From contig BTQL01000004.1 in assembly GCA_036985855.1 (NCBI GenBank), positions 6,372 through 70,371 on the forward strand: DNA of 64,000 bases. The letters run 5' to 3'. A program made the position numbers and the translations under genes. Numbering within the stretch: position 1 is the first letter of the stretch; each line of letters starts with the position of its first letter. Below are positions 38,468 to 46,907 of the stretch, piece by piece. The DNA is from Acidimicrobiia bacterium. Lineage in GTDB: Bacteria; Actinomycetota; Acidimicrobiia; Spongiisociales; UBA5794. The notes under the pieces were generated by a model. That model saw nothing but the letters and a program-made list of their open reading frames with translations. It was not told the DNA's origin and made no database searches.

Positions 38468-39036
38468 TTCAGTTCCTCTCGTTCCAGAGCGTCTCTCAAC
38501 CTGTCGAGTCCACGCGAAACGTCAGCTTTCACTGTTCCCTCCGGCCGACCGGTGATTTCCGCGATTTCGGCGATTGGCAAGTCAGCCACATGGCGGAGAA
38601 CGACTGCATTGCGCTGCTCAACCGAGAGTCTCGCCAGCCGTCGATTCCACGACGCCGCGTCGATCGGTGTCTCGTCGGACGCAGCATTCGGGCCGCCCGT
38701 ATGCCGGGCAGTCTCGTTCCTGGAATGTCCTGCTCGGTCCCGACACAGATTGAGGGCAATGGTCCAGAGCCACGCCCGAATGCGCAGATCACGGATTCGG
38801 GCGTCGCTGTACCCGTCGAGCGCTCGGTATGCCCGAAGGAATGTGTCTTGTGCGACTTCCTCGGCATCCTCATGTCTGTGAGTCAGTCTCCGTGCGCCCG
38901 AGTAGATCCCCGGCTGGCAGCTGCGCACGAGCATGGTGAATCCAAGGTCGCGGTTCGTGACCAGGACCTGCTTGATCTCCGCGTCGGTTGATGCATCACG
39001 CGCCTTCATAACCAATAGAACCGGTTCGTGTGCCAA
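38464..39036 (-). CDS. ECF-subfamily RNA polymerase sigma-70 factor
   Basis: Sigma-2 (LQDTFLRAYRAL) and sigma-4 (VVLRHVADLPIAEIAEITGRPEGTVKADVSRGL) regions. 190 aa, no extension. Confidence 0.85.
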   Translation of the reverse strand: MAHEPVLLVMKARDASTDAEIKQVLVTNRDLGFTMLVRSCQPGIYSGARRLTHRHEDAEEVAQDTFLRAYRALDGYSDARIRDLRIRAWLWTIALNLCRDRAGHSRNETARHTGGPNAASDETPIDAASWNRRLARLSVEQRNAVVLRHVADLPIAEIAEITGRPEGTVKADVSRGLDRLRDALEREELK

Positions 39037-39046
39037 TCGGTTGCAG

Positions 39047-39442
39047 TCAATCGAGAAGTTCCGATAACAATGCCCTCACCCGCAGATCGATTTCGTCCCT
39101 CACGGATCGCACGATGTCGAGATCCTTGCCGGCAGGATCGGTCAGTTCCCAGTCCTGGTAGCGCGTTCCCGGAAGCACGGGGCAGGCATCCCCACACCCC
39201 ATCGTGATCACGACATCGGATGCACCGACATCGTCGGTCGACAGCACTCTCGGAGATCTACCGGCGATATCGATTCCCCACTCCGCCAGAACATTCACGG
39301 CTGCAGGATTGACTTCATTTCCTGGTTCCGAGCCGGCGGATCGCACCTCGACGCGCCCCATCGCGTGGTGCTCGAGAAGAGCAGCCCCCATCTGCGAGCG
39401 TCCTGCGTTGTGGACACAGACGAAGAGAACTCGGGGTGTCAT
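39047..39442 (-). CDS. arsC: Arsenate reductase, LMW-PTP/thioredoxin-coupled type
   Basis: P-loop CVHNAGRS plus the downstream Cys pair in 'GCGDACP' that is characteristic of ArsC rather than a generic LMW-PTP. Confidence 0.75.
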   Translation of the reverse strand: MTPRVLFVCVHNAGRSQMGAALLEHHAMGRVEVRSAGSEPGNEVNPAAVNVLAEWGIDIAGRSPRVLSTDDVGASDVVITMGCGDACPVLPGTRYQDWELTDPAGKDLDIVRSVRDEIDLRVRALLSELLD

Positions 39443-39501
39443 GATGCCTTTCGGGATTCGCAGCGATTCTACAGCCGGCCAGGAGGGCGTAGGCTCGCCC
39501 G

Positions 39502-40392
39502 ATGACGAACGATCGTGCGACCAGAGGGGTGATGCTCGCCTTGCTCGCAGCGACGCTTTGGGGTGTGACAGGCGCGGTAGCAGCCGGTGTTTTTGAGGTC
39601 GTGTCTCCCGCGAGGGTTGCTCAGACTCGCTCGCTCGTCGCTCTTGCTGTGCTCGTTCCTTATGCAGCGCACCGTGGTGCGTTGCGCCTCGAAGGTGGGC
39701 TCTGGAGATTCGCCCTGCTCGGGGTGAACCTGGCGCTGGTCAACGTGACGTTCTATTGGGCTCTCGATGCGCTCGGTGTCGGGCCCGGGGCAACGATCCA
39801 GTTCCTCGGCCCCATCCTCGTGCTCGGTTGGATGGTTGTTGTTCATCACACCAAGGTCAGGTCACTTGTGTGGGCGGCCGCGGCCTTCGCTGTGTTCGGT
39901 GTTGGCCTCGTGACGAAGGCGTGGACGCTGGAGGCGTCCGACGCACTAGGGATAGCTGCTGGTCTTGCTTCGGCTGTTGCGTTTGCGACGTATCTGCTCT
40001 ACGGCGAGTATCTCGGAAAGACATTTCGACCGGCGCAGATAGCCACGTGGGGTTTCGTTTTCGCATCGTTGATATGGCTGGTCGTGTTGCCCATCTGGAC
40101 TTTCCCCACGGCGATCGGCACGAGGGCGTGGATCGATCTCATCATCATCGGAGTACTCGGAACTGCGGTCCCGTTCATCGCAGGGTTCGCTGCCTTGAGG
40201 CTTGCGCCCTCGGGAATCGTGGGCGTGATAGCTACGGCAGAGCCTGCGATCGGAGCTGTGGCTGCAGCGATCATGCTCGGTCAAGCCCTCGATCCGGTGC
40301 AGTGGGTGGGAGTTGCTGCCGTTGTCGTCGCTGTTGCCGTTGTGCAGCGTTGGGGTCTCACCCGCCTTCACCCGGCCTCACCGATCGCATGA
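39502..40392 (+). CDS. DMT-superfamily (EamA-like) transporter
   Basis: 10 TM helices as two EamA repeats. Confidence 0.8.
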   Translation: MTNDRATRGVMLALLAATLWGVTGAVAAGVFEVVSPARVAQTRSLVALAVLVPYAAHRGALRLEGGLWRFALLGVNLALVNVTFYWALDALGVGPGATIQFLGPILVLGWMVVVHHTKVRSLVWAAAAFAVFGVGLVTKAWTLEASDALGIAAGLASAVAFATYLLYGEYLGKTFRPAQIATWGFVFASLIWLVVLPIWTFPTAIGTRAWIDLIIIGVLGTAVPFIAGFAALRLAPSGIVGVIATAEPAIGAVAAAIMLGQALDPVQWVGVAAVVVAVAVVQRWGLTRLHPASPIA

Positions 40393-40441
40393 TCTTTTCC
40401 GCCCGGGGAAGTAGGGGCCGACCCGCTGGTAGCTTGACGTT

Positions 40442-40894
40442 ATGAGGTTCGCCAAGAGATTGCTCTTCGGAATGTTCGCGCTCGCGACGTCCTGCACGCT
40501 TGCAGCATTCGTGGTCAGAAAGAGGATCCCCGCATTCGGCGATGAGAGCGACGACAGATTCTCCGTTGTCGCGGCCATGGACGGCGCCGTATTCGCAAGT
40601 GAGGCGACGAACCTTGCGGAAGGCAGTGCGACGACCTTCATGGGTGGGATAGAACTCGATCTGATGGATGCCGACGTCGGGCCGGGGGCCTACCTCGTAC
40701 TTCGAGCTGTGATGGGTGGGATCGATGTTGTTGTCCCTTCGGCGTGGCGCGTCGAGGTGATGGGGCGGTCGGTGATGGGTGGAGTTGCAAACCTCACTGC
40801 ACCAGATGTTCTGTCAGACGACGCACCGGTGCTTCTCATCGACGCACTGGCCGTCATGGGAGGTATCGAGATCCACGCCGCGAGCGTCACCTGA
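40442..40894 (+). CDS. Membrane-anchored protein with LiaF-C-like repeat domain (function unknown)
   Basis: N-terminal TM helix, then repeated 'MGGI(D/E)(V/I)' beta-strand-like motifs (MGGIELDL, MGGIDVVV, MGGVANL, MGGIEIHA). Confidence 0.45.
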   Translation: MRFAKRLLFGMFALATSCTLAAFVVRKRIPAFGDESDDRFSVVAAMDGAVFASEATNLAEGSATTFMGGIELDLMDADVGPGAYLVLRAVMGGIDVVVPSAWRVEVMGRSVMGGVANLTAPDVLSDDAPVLLIDALAVMGGIEIHAASVT

Positions 40895-41457
40895 TGGCCG
40901 TTGATCTTGCATCAACGGTCACCTATCTCAAGGACCATGCAATCGAGCATGGGTTCCATGTACACGACGAACGGCATTTCGTCGAGACATACACGCTGCG
41001 TCAGTCGTGGGAGATCGATGTGCATCCTGCCGAAGCCTGCGCCGGTCCACTGGATCTTCACATCGCGCTGGACGTGGAACCGCGTTTGCTGCTTCGTTTC
41101 GAGGATGCACTGCAGGCTGCCGATGGCATCCCTGAAGAGGACGGTGACGAGTTTGAAGTCACCTTCCTATTCAATTGGTCTTTGCCACCTCTCCACGAAG
41201 CGCCCGACATCATCGTGCTGTCTGCCGAGTTTGCAGGAATCGGCGGCATCGACTTGCCGATCGAGGTATCTGCTGTAGAGACGATGGGAGCTCTGTCAGA
41301 CAAGGAGGACCGACTGCTCTCGGTCGTTGGTGCGGCAAAACGATCGCTTGCAGACATCGTCTTCAAGCAAGATTCGTTGTGTGATGTTCTCGACCGCGTT
41401 CACGAGGTCAGCATGTACATGGTCGAGCACGCGAATGAATGGCTCGACGAATACTGA
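40894..41457 (+). CDS. Acidic cytoplasmic hypothetical protein, translationally coupled to the upstream gene (TGATG overlap)
   Basis: 187 aa, no recognisable motif. The track ORF starts at 40744; MAVD.. at 40894 overlaps the upstream stop. Confidence 0.45.
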   Translation: MAVDLASTVTYLKDHAIEHGFHVHDERHFVETYTLRQSWEIDVHPAEACAGPLDLHIALDVEPRLLLRFEDALQAADGIPEEDGDEFEVTFLFNWSLPPLHEAPDIIVLSAEFAGIGGIDLPIEVSAVETMGALSDKEDRLLSVVGAAKRSLADIVFKQDSLCDVLDRVHEVSMYMVEHANEWLDEY

Positions 41458-41673
41458 GTCCGCTTGGCGTGCGGGTGAAGCTGGGTCCGTATCAGTCAGC
41501 CGAGCACAGCCGGATTCCAAACCGGTGCAGCCTCGTCAACGATTGTTTCGAATTTGAGACCCATCAGGATCGCTTCGGCACACCCGGCCCGTTCGGCCTC
41601 CGCGGCAGCCTACATCGATGCCAGCCAAGCGATATCTCTGCGGTCCTCGCTCATGGAGAGAAACGACCGAGCC

Positions 41674-44600
41674 TTACTGAGCATCTCTCAGCTCCCTTGG
41701 TTTGCGAGCGATGAAGTATTTCGCCTGCGGGTGGTGGCAGATGATCGCCGATGTCGTCTGCTCGGGTTGGTACTGGAATCCGGTTTCTGGTCCGACATGG
41801 ATTCCGACGCGGTCCGCTCCGAGAAGGTCTGCAACGGTGAGATTGTCCTCAAGATCCGGACAAGCCGGGTATCCCCATGAGTATCGGCCGCCGCGGTAGC
41901 GCTGTCGGAAGAGACCCCTGATAGTCGGGTCGTCCTCGTTCGCGATTCCAAGCTCCTCGCGCACTCGGGCGTGCCAATACTCAGCAAGAGCTTCAGTCAT
42001 CTCGACCCCGAGACCGTGGAGCTTCAGATATTCTTCGTACCGATCCTCCGAAAAGAGCTGAGCAGTTCGCTGGGAAACTGCAGTTCCCATCGTCACGATG
42101 TGGAATGCTGCGACATCAGTGAGGTCTGCGTCGACCGGACGGAAATAGTCTGCGATGCAAAGCCATGGTGGGCCAGGTTGCCTCGGGAATCGGAACCGTA
42201 CAAGTTCCTGTGTCCGAGTCTGGTCTGCCCACACGATGAGCTCGTTGCCGTGGCCGTTCACGGGGAAGTAGCCATACACAACCTGCGGCTGAAGGAGGTC
42301 CTCGGCGCGTGCCGCAGTGATTGCACGCCGCAGCTCAGGAGCGAGACGTTCCTTGAATTGCGCGTCCGTCTCTCCGTGTTCAGGGCGATAATGCCATTGG
42401 TTGCGGAGCAGTGCCGTCGTGTTGAGATACCCGGCGATCTCGTCGAGTTCGATGCCTTTCACGATACGCGATCCGTAGAACGGAGGATCAGGGATCGGTT
42501 TGTCAGCAGATACCTCCGGAGACCGATCGGGTGCGACTCCATGATCCGTTTCCTTACGATCGATCTTTGGAAGTTCGCGCCTCGGGGACTTTGGTTCGTC
42601 GCGTCTACCAGCTATCCACTCCATTGCATCGAGACCGGCAAAGGCATCCTTGCCATAGATCACGGGACCGGGGTGTCGCCGGGCAAGGTCATCTTCAACG
42701 TAGCTTCGCGTCAGCGCGGCACCGCCGAGGAGAACAGGCACGTCATCGTGACCTCTTCGGGAGAGTTCATCGAGGTTGTCCCGCATCACGAGCGTGCTCT
42801 TCACCAGGAGCCCGCTCATTCCGATCGCATCGGCTTCGTGCTTCTCGAGCGCTTCGATCATTTCAGTGATGGACACCTTGATTCCGAGGTTGTGCACCCG
42901 GTATCCGTTGTTCGTGAGGATGATGTCCACGAGGTTCTTTCCGATGTCGTGGACGTCCCCGGATACCGTTGCAATAACGATGCTGCCGCGGTCAGCGGTG
43001 TCGACGTGGTCGAGGTGTGGCTCGAGGTACCGCACCGATGTTTTCATCGTTTGTGCAGAACGCAGGACGAAAGGGAGCTGCATTTCGCCGGCACCGAATA
43101 GCTCGCCGACGGTTTTCATACCCGCAAGGAGTACATCGTTGATGATCGAGAGCGCAGTCGTTTCTTCAAGTGCTTTGTCGAGGTCGTCTTCGAGACCGAT
43201 CGCGTTCCCTGCAACGATTCGCTTCTCCAGACGTTCGATGAGCGTCAGACCCTCGAATGGGTCTTTTGCCTTTTCGGCGTCTGTCACTGTTTCAAATGCC
43301 TCGAGAAGCACTTCAAGGGGGTCGTATCCTTCTGCCCTGCGGTCATAGACCAGGTCGGTGCATGCTTTGAGATGCTCTTCCTCGATCGCTGAAAGGGGTG
43401 TGATCTTGCCCGCGTGGATGATCGCTGCGTCGAGTCCAGCTTCAAGGCATTCGTAGAGGAAGACGGAGTTGAGCACTCGCCTAGCCGCTGGTCTGAGGCC
43501 GAAGGAGATGTTCGACACCCCGAGCACAGTGCTCACGCCTGGGAGTTCCGATTTGATTCGCTTGATCGCCTGGATCGTTTCCATCCCGTCGCGTCTGAGG
43601 TCGTCGTCACCCGTCGAGAGAGGAAACGTGAGGGGATCGAAGATGAGGTCTTCGGCCCTGAGCCCGTAACGCTCGGTCGCGATCCCATAGAGACGATGGG
43701 CAACTTCCATCTTCCACTCGACGTCGCGTGCCTGACCCCGCTCGTCGATGAGGAGACATATCACGGCCGCCCCGTGTTCCTTTGCGAGAGTGAGCACTCT
43801 GTCAAGGCGAGATCCTGTCTCGTCGCCCGATTCGAGGTTGGCCGAGTTGAGGACACACCTTCCTCCGAGTTGCTCGAGCGCTGCTTGCATGACCTCTGGT
43901 TCGGTTGAGTCGATGACAACCGGTGCAGCGACATCTGTCGAGAATCGTTGGGCGATCGGTGTTATGTCTGCAGCACCGTTTCTTCCCACGTAGTCGACAC
44001 ACAGGTCGACCAGGTGCCCCCCCTCTGCGACCTGATTCTCCGCAATGCCGACACACGCGTCGATGTCTCCATCGAGCATCGCCTCCCTGAAGGCCTTTGA
44101 CCCGTTCGCATTGGTCCGTTCGCCGATGATGAGAAACGACGTGTCCTGGTGAAGCGACACCGCTGAGTAGGTCGAGGTGACTGCGGGTATTGCGGAAGGA
44201 TTCCTCTCGGCTGGCGCCCTGTGACCGACTGCATCGATAAGCGTTGCGATGTATTCGGGCGTCGTGCCACAGCAGCCTCCGACGACACTCACACCGTACT
44301 CCTCGACGAATGTGGTGAGATGTTTGGCGACATCCGACGCACCGACGTCATAGTGCATCTCACCGTTGACGACGGACGGCAGGCCAGCGTTCGGTATCAC
44401 CGATATCGGCACCGTCGCGTGGCGTGACAGCACCCGAATCGGTTCGTACATCTCGACGGGTCCGGTCGCGCAGTTGATGCCGATCACATCTGTGCCGAGT
44501 GCTTCGATCGCAGCGAGTGCGGCACCGATCTCGGTGCCCGGCAACATGCGTCCGGTCAACTCGATTGTCACCTGGGTCTGCAGCGGCACGTCGCGTCCCG

Positions 44601-45129
44601 ATGACCGCATGGCGCGGCGGGCACCGTTGATGGCTGCCTTGACAGAGAGGAGGTCGAACTGCGTCTCGATGATGAGCAGGTCTACTCCTCCGTCGATGAG
44701 GCCTGCGGACTCGATCTCGTATTGGCCGCGCAGGTCCGCGTACGCGATTTGGCCGAGAGTCGGAAGCTTCGTCCCAGGGCCGATGGAACCTGCGACGAAT
44801 CGGTCGTCGAATTCGTCTGCGACATGCCTCGCGATCGTGGCACCAGCGGCAGCGAGCTCGTACGCCCTGTCGGCGAGGTCATATTCGCCGAGCGGTACCC
44901 CGAAGGCACCGAAGGTGTTCGTCTCGATGACATCTGAGCCGACGTCCAGGTAGGCGCGGTGCAGGGACTCGATCACGTCAGGACGGGTGATGTTGAGGAT
45001 CTCGTTGCAGCCTTCGAGGTCGGGACCACCGAAATCCTCGTCGGTGAGGTCCTGTGCTTGGAGCCATGTACCTGTTGCGCCGTCGAAGACGACAACACGC
45101 TGTGAAAGGGTGTCGATGTAGTCGGTCAT
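41674..45129 (-). CDS. metH: Cobalamin-dependent methionine synthase
   Basis: 1151 aa with Hcy-binding, pterin-binding, B12-binding (DxHxxG...) and AdoMet activation domains, all collinear. Confidence 0.95.
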   Translation of the reverse strand: MTDYIDTLSQRVVVFDGATGTWLQAQDLTDEDFGGPDLEGCNEILNITRPDVIESLHRAYLDVGSDVIETNTFGAFGVPLGEYDLADRAYELAAAGATIARHVADEFDDRFVAGSIGPGTKLPTLGQIAYADLRGQYEIESAGLIDGGVDLLIIETQFDLLSVKAAINGARRAMRSSGRDVPLQTQVTIELTGRMLPGTEIGAALAAIEALGTDVIGINCATGPVEMYEPIRVLSRHATVPISVIPNAGLPSVVNGEMHYDVGASDVAKHLTTFVEEYGVSVVGGCCGTTPEYIATLIDAVGHRAPAERNPSAIPAVTSTYSAVSLHQDTSFLIIGERTNANGSKAFREAMLDGDIDACVGIAENQVAEGGHLVDLCVDYVGRNGAADITPIAQRFSTDVAAPVVIDSTEPEVMQAALEQLGGRCVLNSANLESGDETGSRLDRVLTLAKEHGAAVICLLIDERGQARDVEWKMEVAHRLYGIATERYGLRAEDLIFDPLTFPLSTGDDDLRRDGMETIQAIKRIKSELPGVSTVLGVSNISFGLRPAARRVLNSVFLYECLEAGLDAAIIHAGKITPLSAIEEEHLKACTDLVYDRRAEGYDPLEVLLEAFETVTDAEKAKDPFEGLTLIERLEKRIVAGNAIGLEDDLDKALEETTALSIINDVLLAGMKTVGELFGAGEMQLPFVLRSAQTMKTSVRYLEPHLDHVDTADRGSIVIATVSGDVHDIGKNLVDIILTNNGYRVHNLGIKVSITEMIEALEKHEADAIGMSGLLVKSTLVMRDNLDELSRRGHDDVPVLLGGAALTRSYVEDDLARRHPGPVIYGKDAFAGLDAMEWIAGRRDEPKSPRRELPKIDRKETDHGVAPDRSPEVSADKPIPDPPFYGSRIVKGIELDEIAGYLNTTALLRNQWHYRPEHGETDAQFKERLAPELRRAITAARAEDLLQPQVVYGYFPVNGHGNELIVWADQTRTQELVRFRFPRQPGPPWLCIADYFRPVDADLTDVAAFHIVTMGTAVSQRTAQLFSEDRYEEYLKLHGLGVEMTEALAEYWHARVREELGIANEDDPTIRGLFRQRYRGGRYSWGYPACPDLEDNLTVADLLGADRVGIHVGPETGFQYQPEQTTSAIICHHPQAKYFIARKPRELRDAQ

Positions 45130-45231
45130 CGAGCACCTCTCGTACAGACACAGGTGCGTTCTGTTGTGGGCACCATCGCGGCTCCTCTCGTCCCGAAACG
45201 CTCACGCGCCTCGAGCGGGTCACCGCTCGTT

Positions 45232-45320
45232 GACATCTCATCGATCAGGCATTGGCACCGAACAGATCGGTTGCCGCGGCTTCACAGGGCCTGTCCCTCC
45301 ACCGCTCTGGATGAGCGCTT
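45232..45320 (-). promoter_or_regulatory. SAM-I (S-box) riboswitch in the metH 5' leader
   Basis: Transcribed strand: CUCAUCCAGAGCGGUGGAGGGACAGGCCCUGUGAAGCCGCGGCAACCGAUCUGUUCGGUGCCAAUGCCUGAUCGAUGAG. It has P1 (CUCAUC/GAUGAG), the GGAGGGA kink-turn, the GGCCC..GCAACC element of P3 and the GGUGCCAAU element of P4. A CGAGCGG-UGAC-CCGCUCG hairpin follows. It lies about 100 nt upstream of the metH ATG. Confidence 0.85.
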
Positions 45321-45353
45321 CGATCAGTGAGCATAGCCGGCTTGTCGGAGGGT

Positions 45354-45719
45354 TTAGGCGTCGCGACGTTTCTTGCGCCGACGCATGTAGCCGCCGAACC
45401 AGCCGAGTAATGCACCAAGCGCGATCGCGATGATGATCACCAGTGACAGCGGAACCCTTCCGCTGAAGAACAGAAACTCCATCTCGGTCTCATCGCTGTT
45501 CTGGACGATGAAGACCGCGGCAATGACGGCGACGATACCTGTGATGATCAGCCCGATCGGGAGACCACCTTCCTTGTATTCCAGGTCGTCTGATCGTTCC
45601 TCGCCGGATTCGTCCGCCACGATGTACCTCCTGGTGGGCCTTCGGCGCACGATATCACACGGTTCGCGAGGCACTAGATTCGTCCCATGAACGAACCCAA
45701 CACAAACCTGAAACGGCAA
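45354..45719 (-). CDS. LapA-like (DUF1049) small membrane protein
   Basis: C-terminal 'GGLPIGLIITGIVAVIAAVFIVQN...RVPLSLVIIIAIALGALLGWFGGYMRRRKKRR' is typical of the DUF1049/LapA fold. The TTG start at 45719 would overlap the divergent gene, so the true start is probably downstream. Confidence 0.45.
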   Translation of the reverse strand: MPFQVCVGFVHGTNLVPREPCDIVRRRPTRRYIVADESGEERSDDLEYKEGGLPIGLIITGIVAVIAAVFIVQNSDETEMEFLFFSGRVPLSLVIIIAIALGALLGWFGGYMRRRKKRRDA

Positions 45720-46892
45720 TCGACCGACAGCTCGACGCGGATGGGCATATCGATCGCTCTCGCCGTTCTATTCGGTATTGCATTGCTCGCGGCGAATCAC
45801 GCGGCATGGCTCACGACCACCATTCTCGACACTGACAGCTTCGTCGCGACATTCGAACCTCTTCCCCAGGACGAGGCGGTATCGCTGGCACTGGCAAACA
45901 AGATCGCCGACGCAGTCATAGAGTCCTACGAGGTATCTGATGTGATCTCAGAGGCTCTTCCGGACGGCATTGCATTCATTGCTGTTCCCCTGACCGACGG
46001 AGTCAGGGATCTGACTGCGGGTATCGCTGCGGAGATCATCCGCTCAGACGCGTTCTCGACTGTATGGACAGCGGCCCTTGCGGCTTCGCACAAGATCGCG
46101 ACGTTATATGTCGGAGCATTCGACGATGGCGTGCTGAAGGCGGAGGACGGTGTTGCTGTGCTCGATCTCACGGCGGTCGGCGCCCAGATTTCCGAGAATC
46201 TTGGCGGCCGTGGATTCGGTCTCCTCGAGGGAGCGGACCGTGAGCTCACGGTCGAGCTGTTCGAGTTGCCTGACTCCGGAATGGTCAAGTTCGTCGTCAA
46301 TTTGATGCACTCGATCAGATGGGTCGTTTTCCTAATCACGATCGGGTTCTTGGCCCTCGCGGTCGCCGTGGCGACGAACAGACGGAGGATTGCGATGTGG
46401 GTCGGCGGCGCGACCGTGCTCGCAATGCTCTTGTCGCTCATCGACATGAGATATCTGAGGGTTGCGCTGACAGGAGACATCGAGGACCCGATTCTGAAGG
46501 CGGGTGCTGAAGCCGCATGGGACATCGTCTTCAGACGGTTCGTATGGCAGTCGTGGGTCGTTCTGCTGTTGGGTGCTGTCGTGGTCTTTGCGGCATGGGC
46601 CATGGGAGATTCCGCTGGTGCGGTGTCCATGCGGGCCGCTGCTGGCGGTACGAATCAGTCGTTTCGGGGTCGTGGTCAGGAATCCCCGGCCATGGTTTTC
46701 GTTGTATCACATCGTCGACTGATCGAGTGGGGCACAGTGGCAGTCGTCATCGGATTTCTGCTGATCGCTCCACCACCCCCGCTCTGGGTTGTTGTCGTGG
46801 GCATCTCGCTGGCGGTCGCGATCATCGCGGGTGTCGAATACATCTCTGCGCGAGTTCCGGAGGAACAGTCAGCCACCGAACGCCCCTCGTAG
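45687..46892 (+). CDS. Integral membrane protein, function unknown
   Basis: 401 aa. An N-terminal TM helix, a soluble region of about 170 aa, then about 6 C-terminal TM helices. Confidence 0.5.
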   Translation: MNEPNTNLKRQSTDSSTRMGISIALAVLFGIALLAANHAAWLTTTILDTDSFVATFEPLPQDEAVSLALANKIADAVIESYEVSDVISEALPDGIAFIAVPLTDGVRDLTAGIAAEIIRSDAFSTVWTAALAASHKIATLYVGAFDDGVLKAEDGVAVLDLTAVGAQISENLGGRGFGLLEGADRELTVELFELPDSGMVKFVVNLMHSIRWVVFLITIGFLALAVAVATNRRRIAMWVGGATVLAMLLSLIDMRYLRVALTGDIEDPILKAGAEAAWDIVFRRFVWQSWVVLLLGAVVVFAAWAMGDSAGAVSMRAAAGGTNQSFRGRGQESPAMVFVVSHRRLIEWGTVAVVIGFLLIAPPPPLWVVVVGISLAVAIIAGVEYISARVPEEQSATERPS

Positions 46893-46907
46893 TCGTACGG
46901 ACATACC

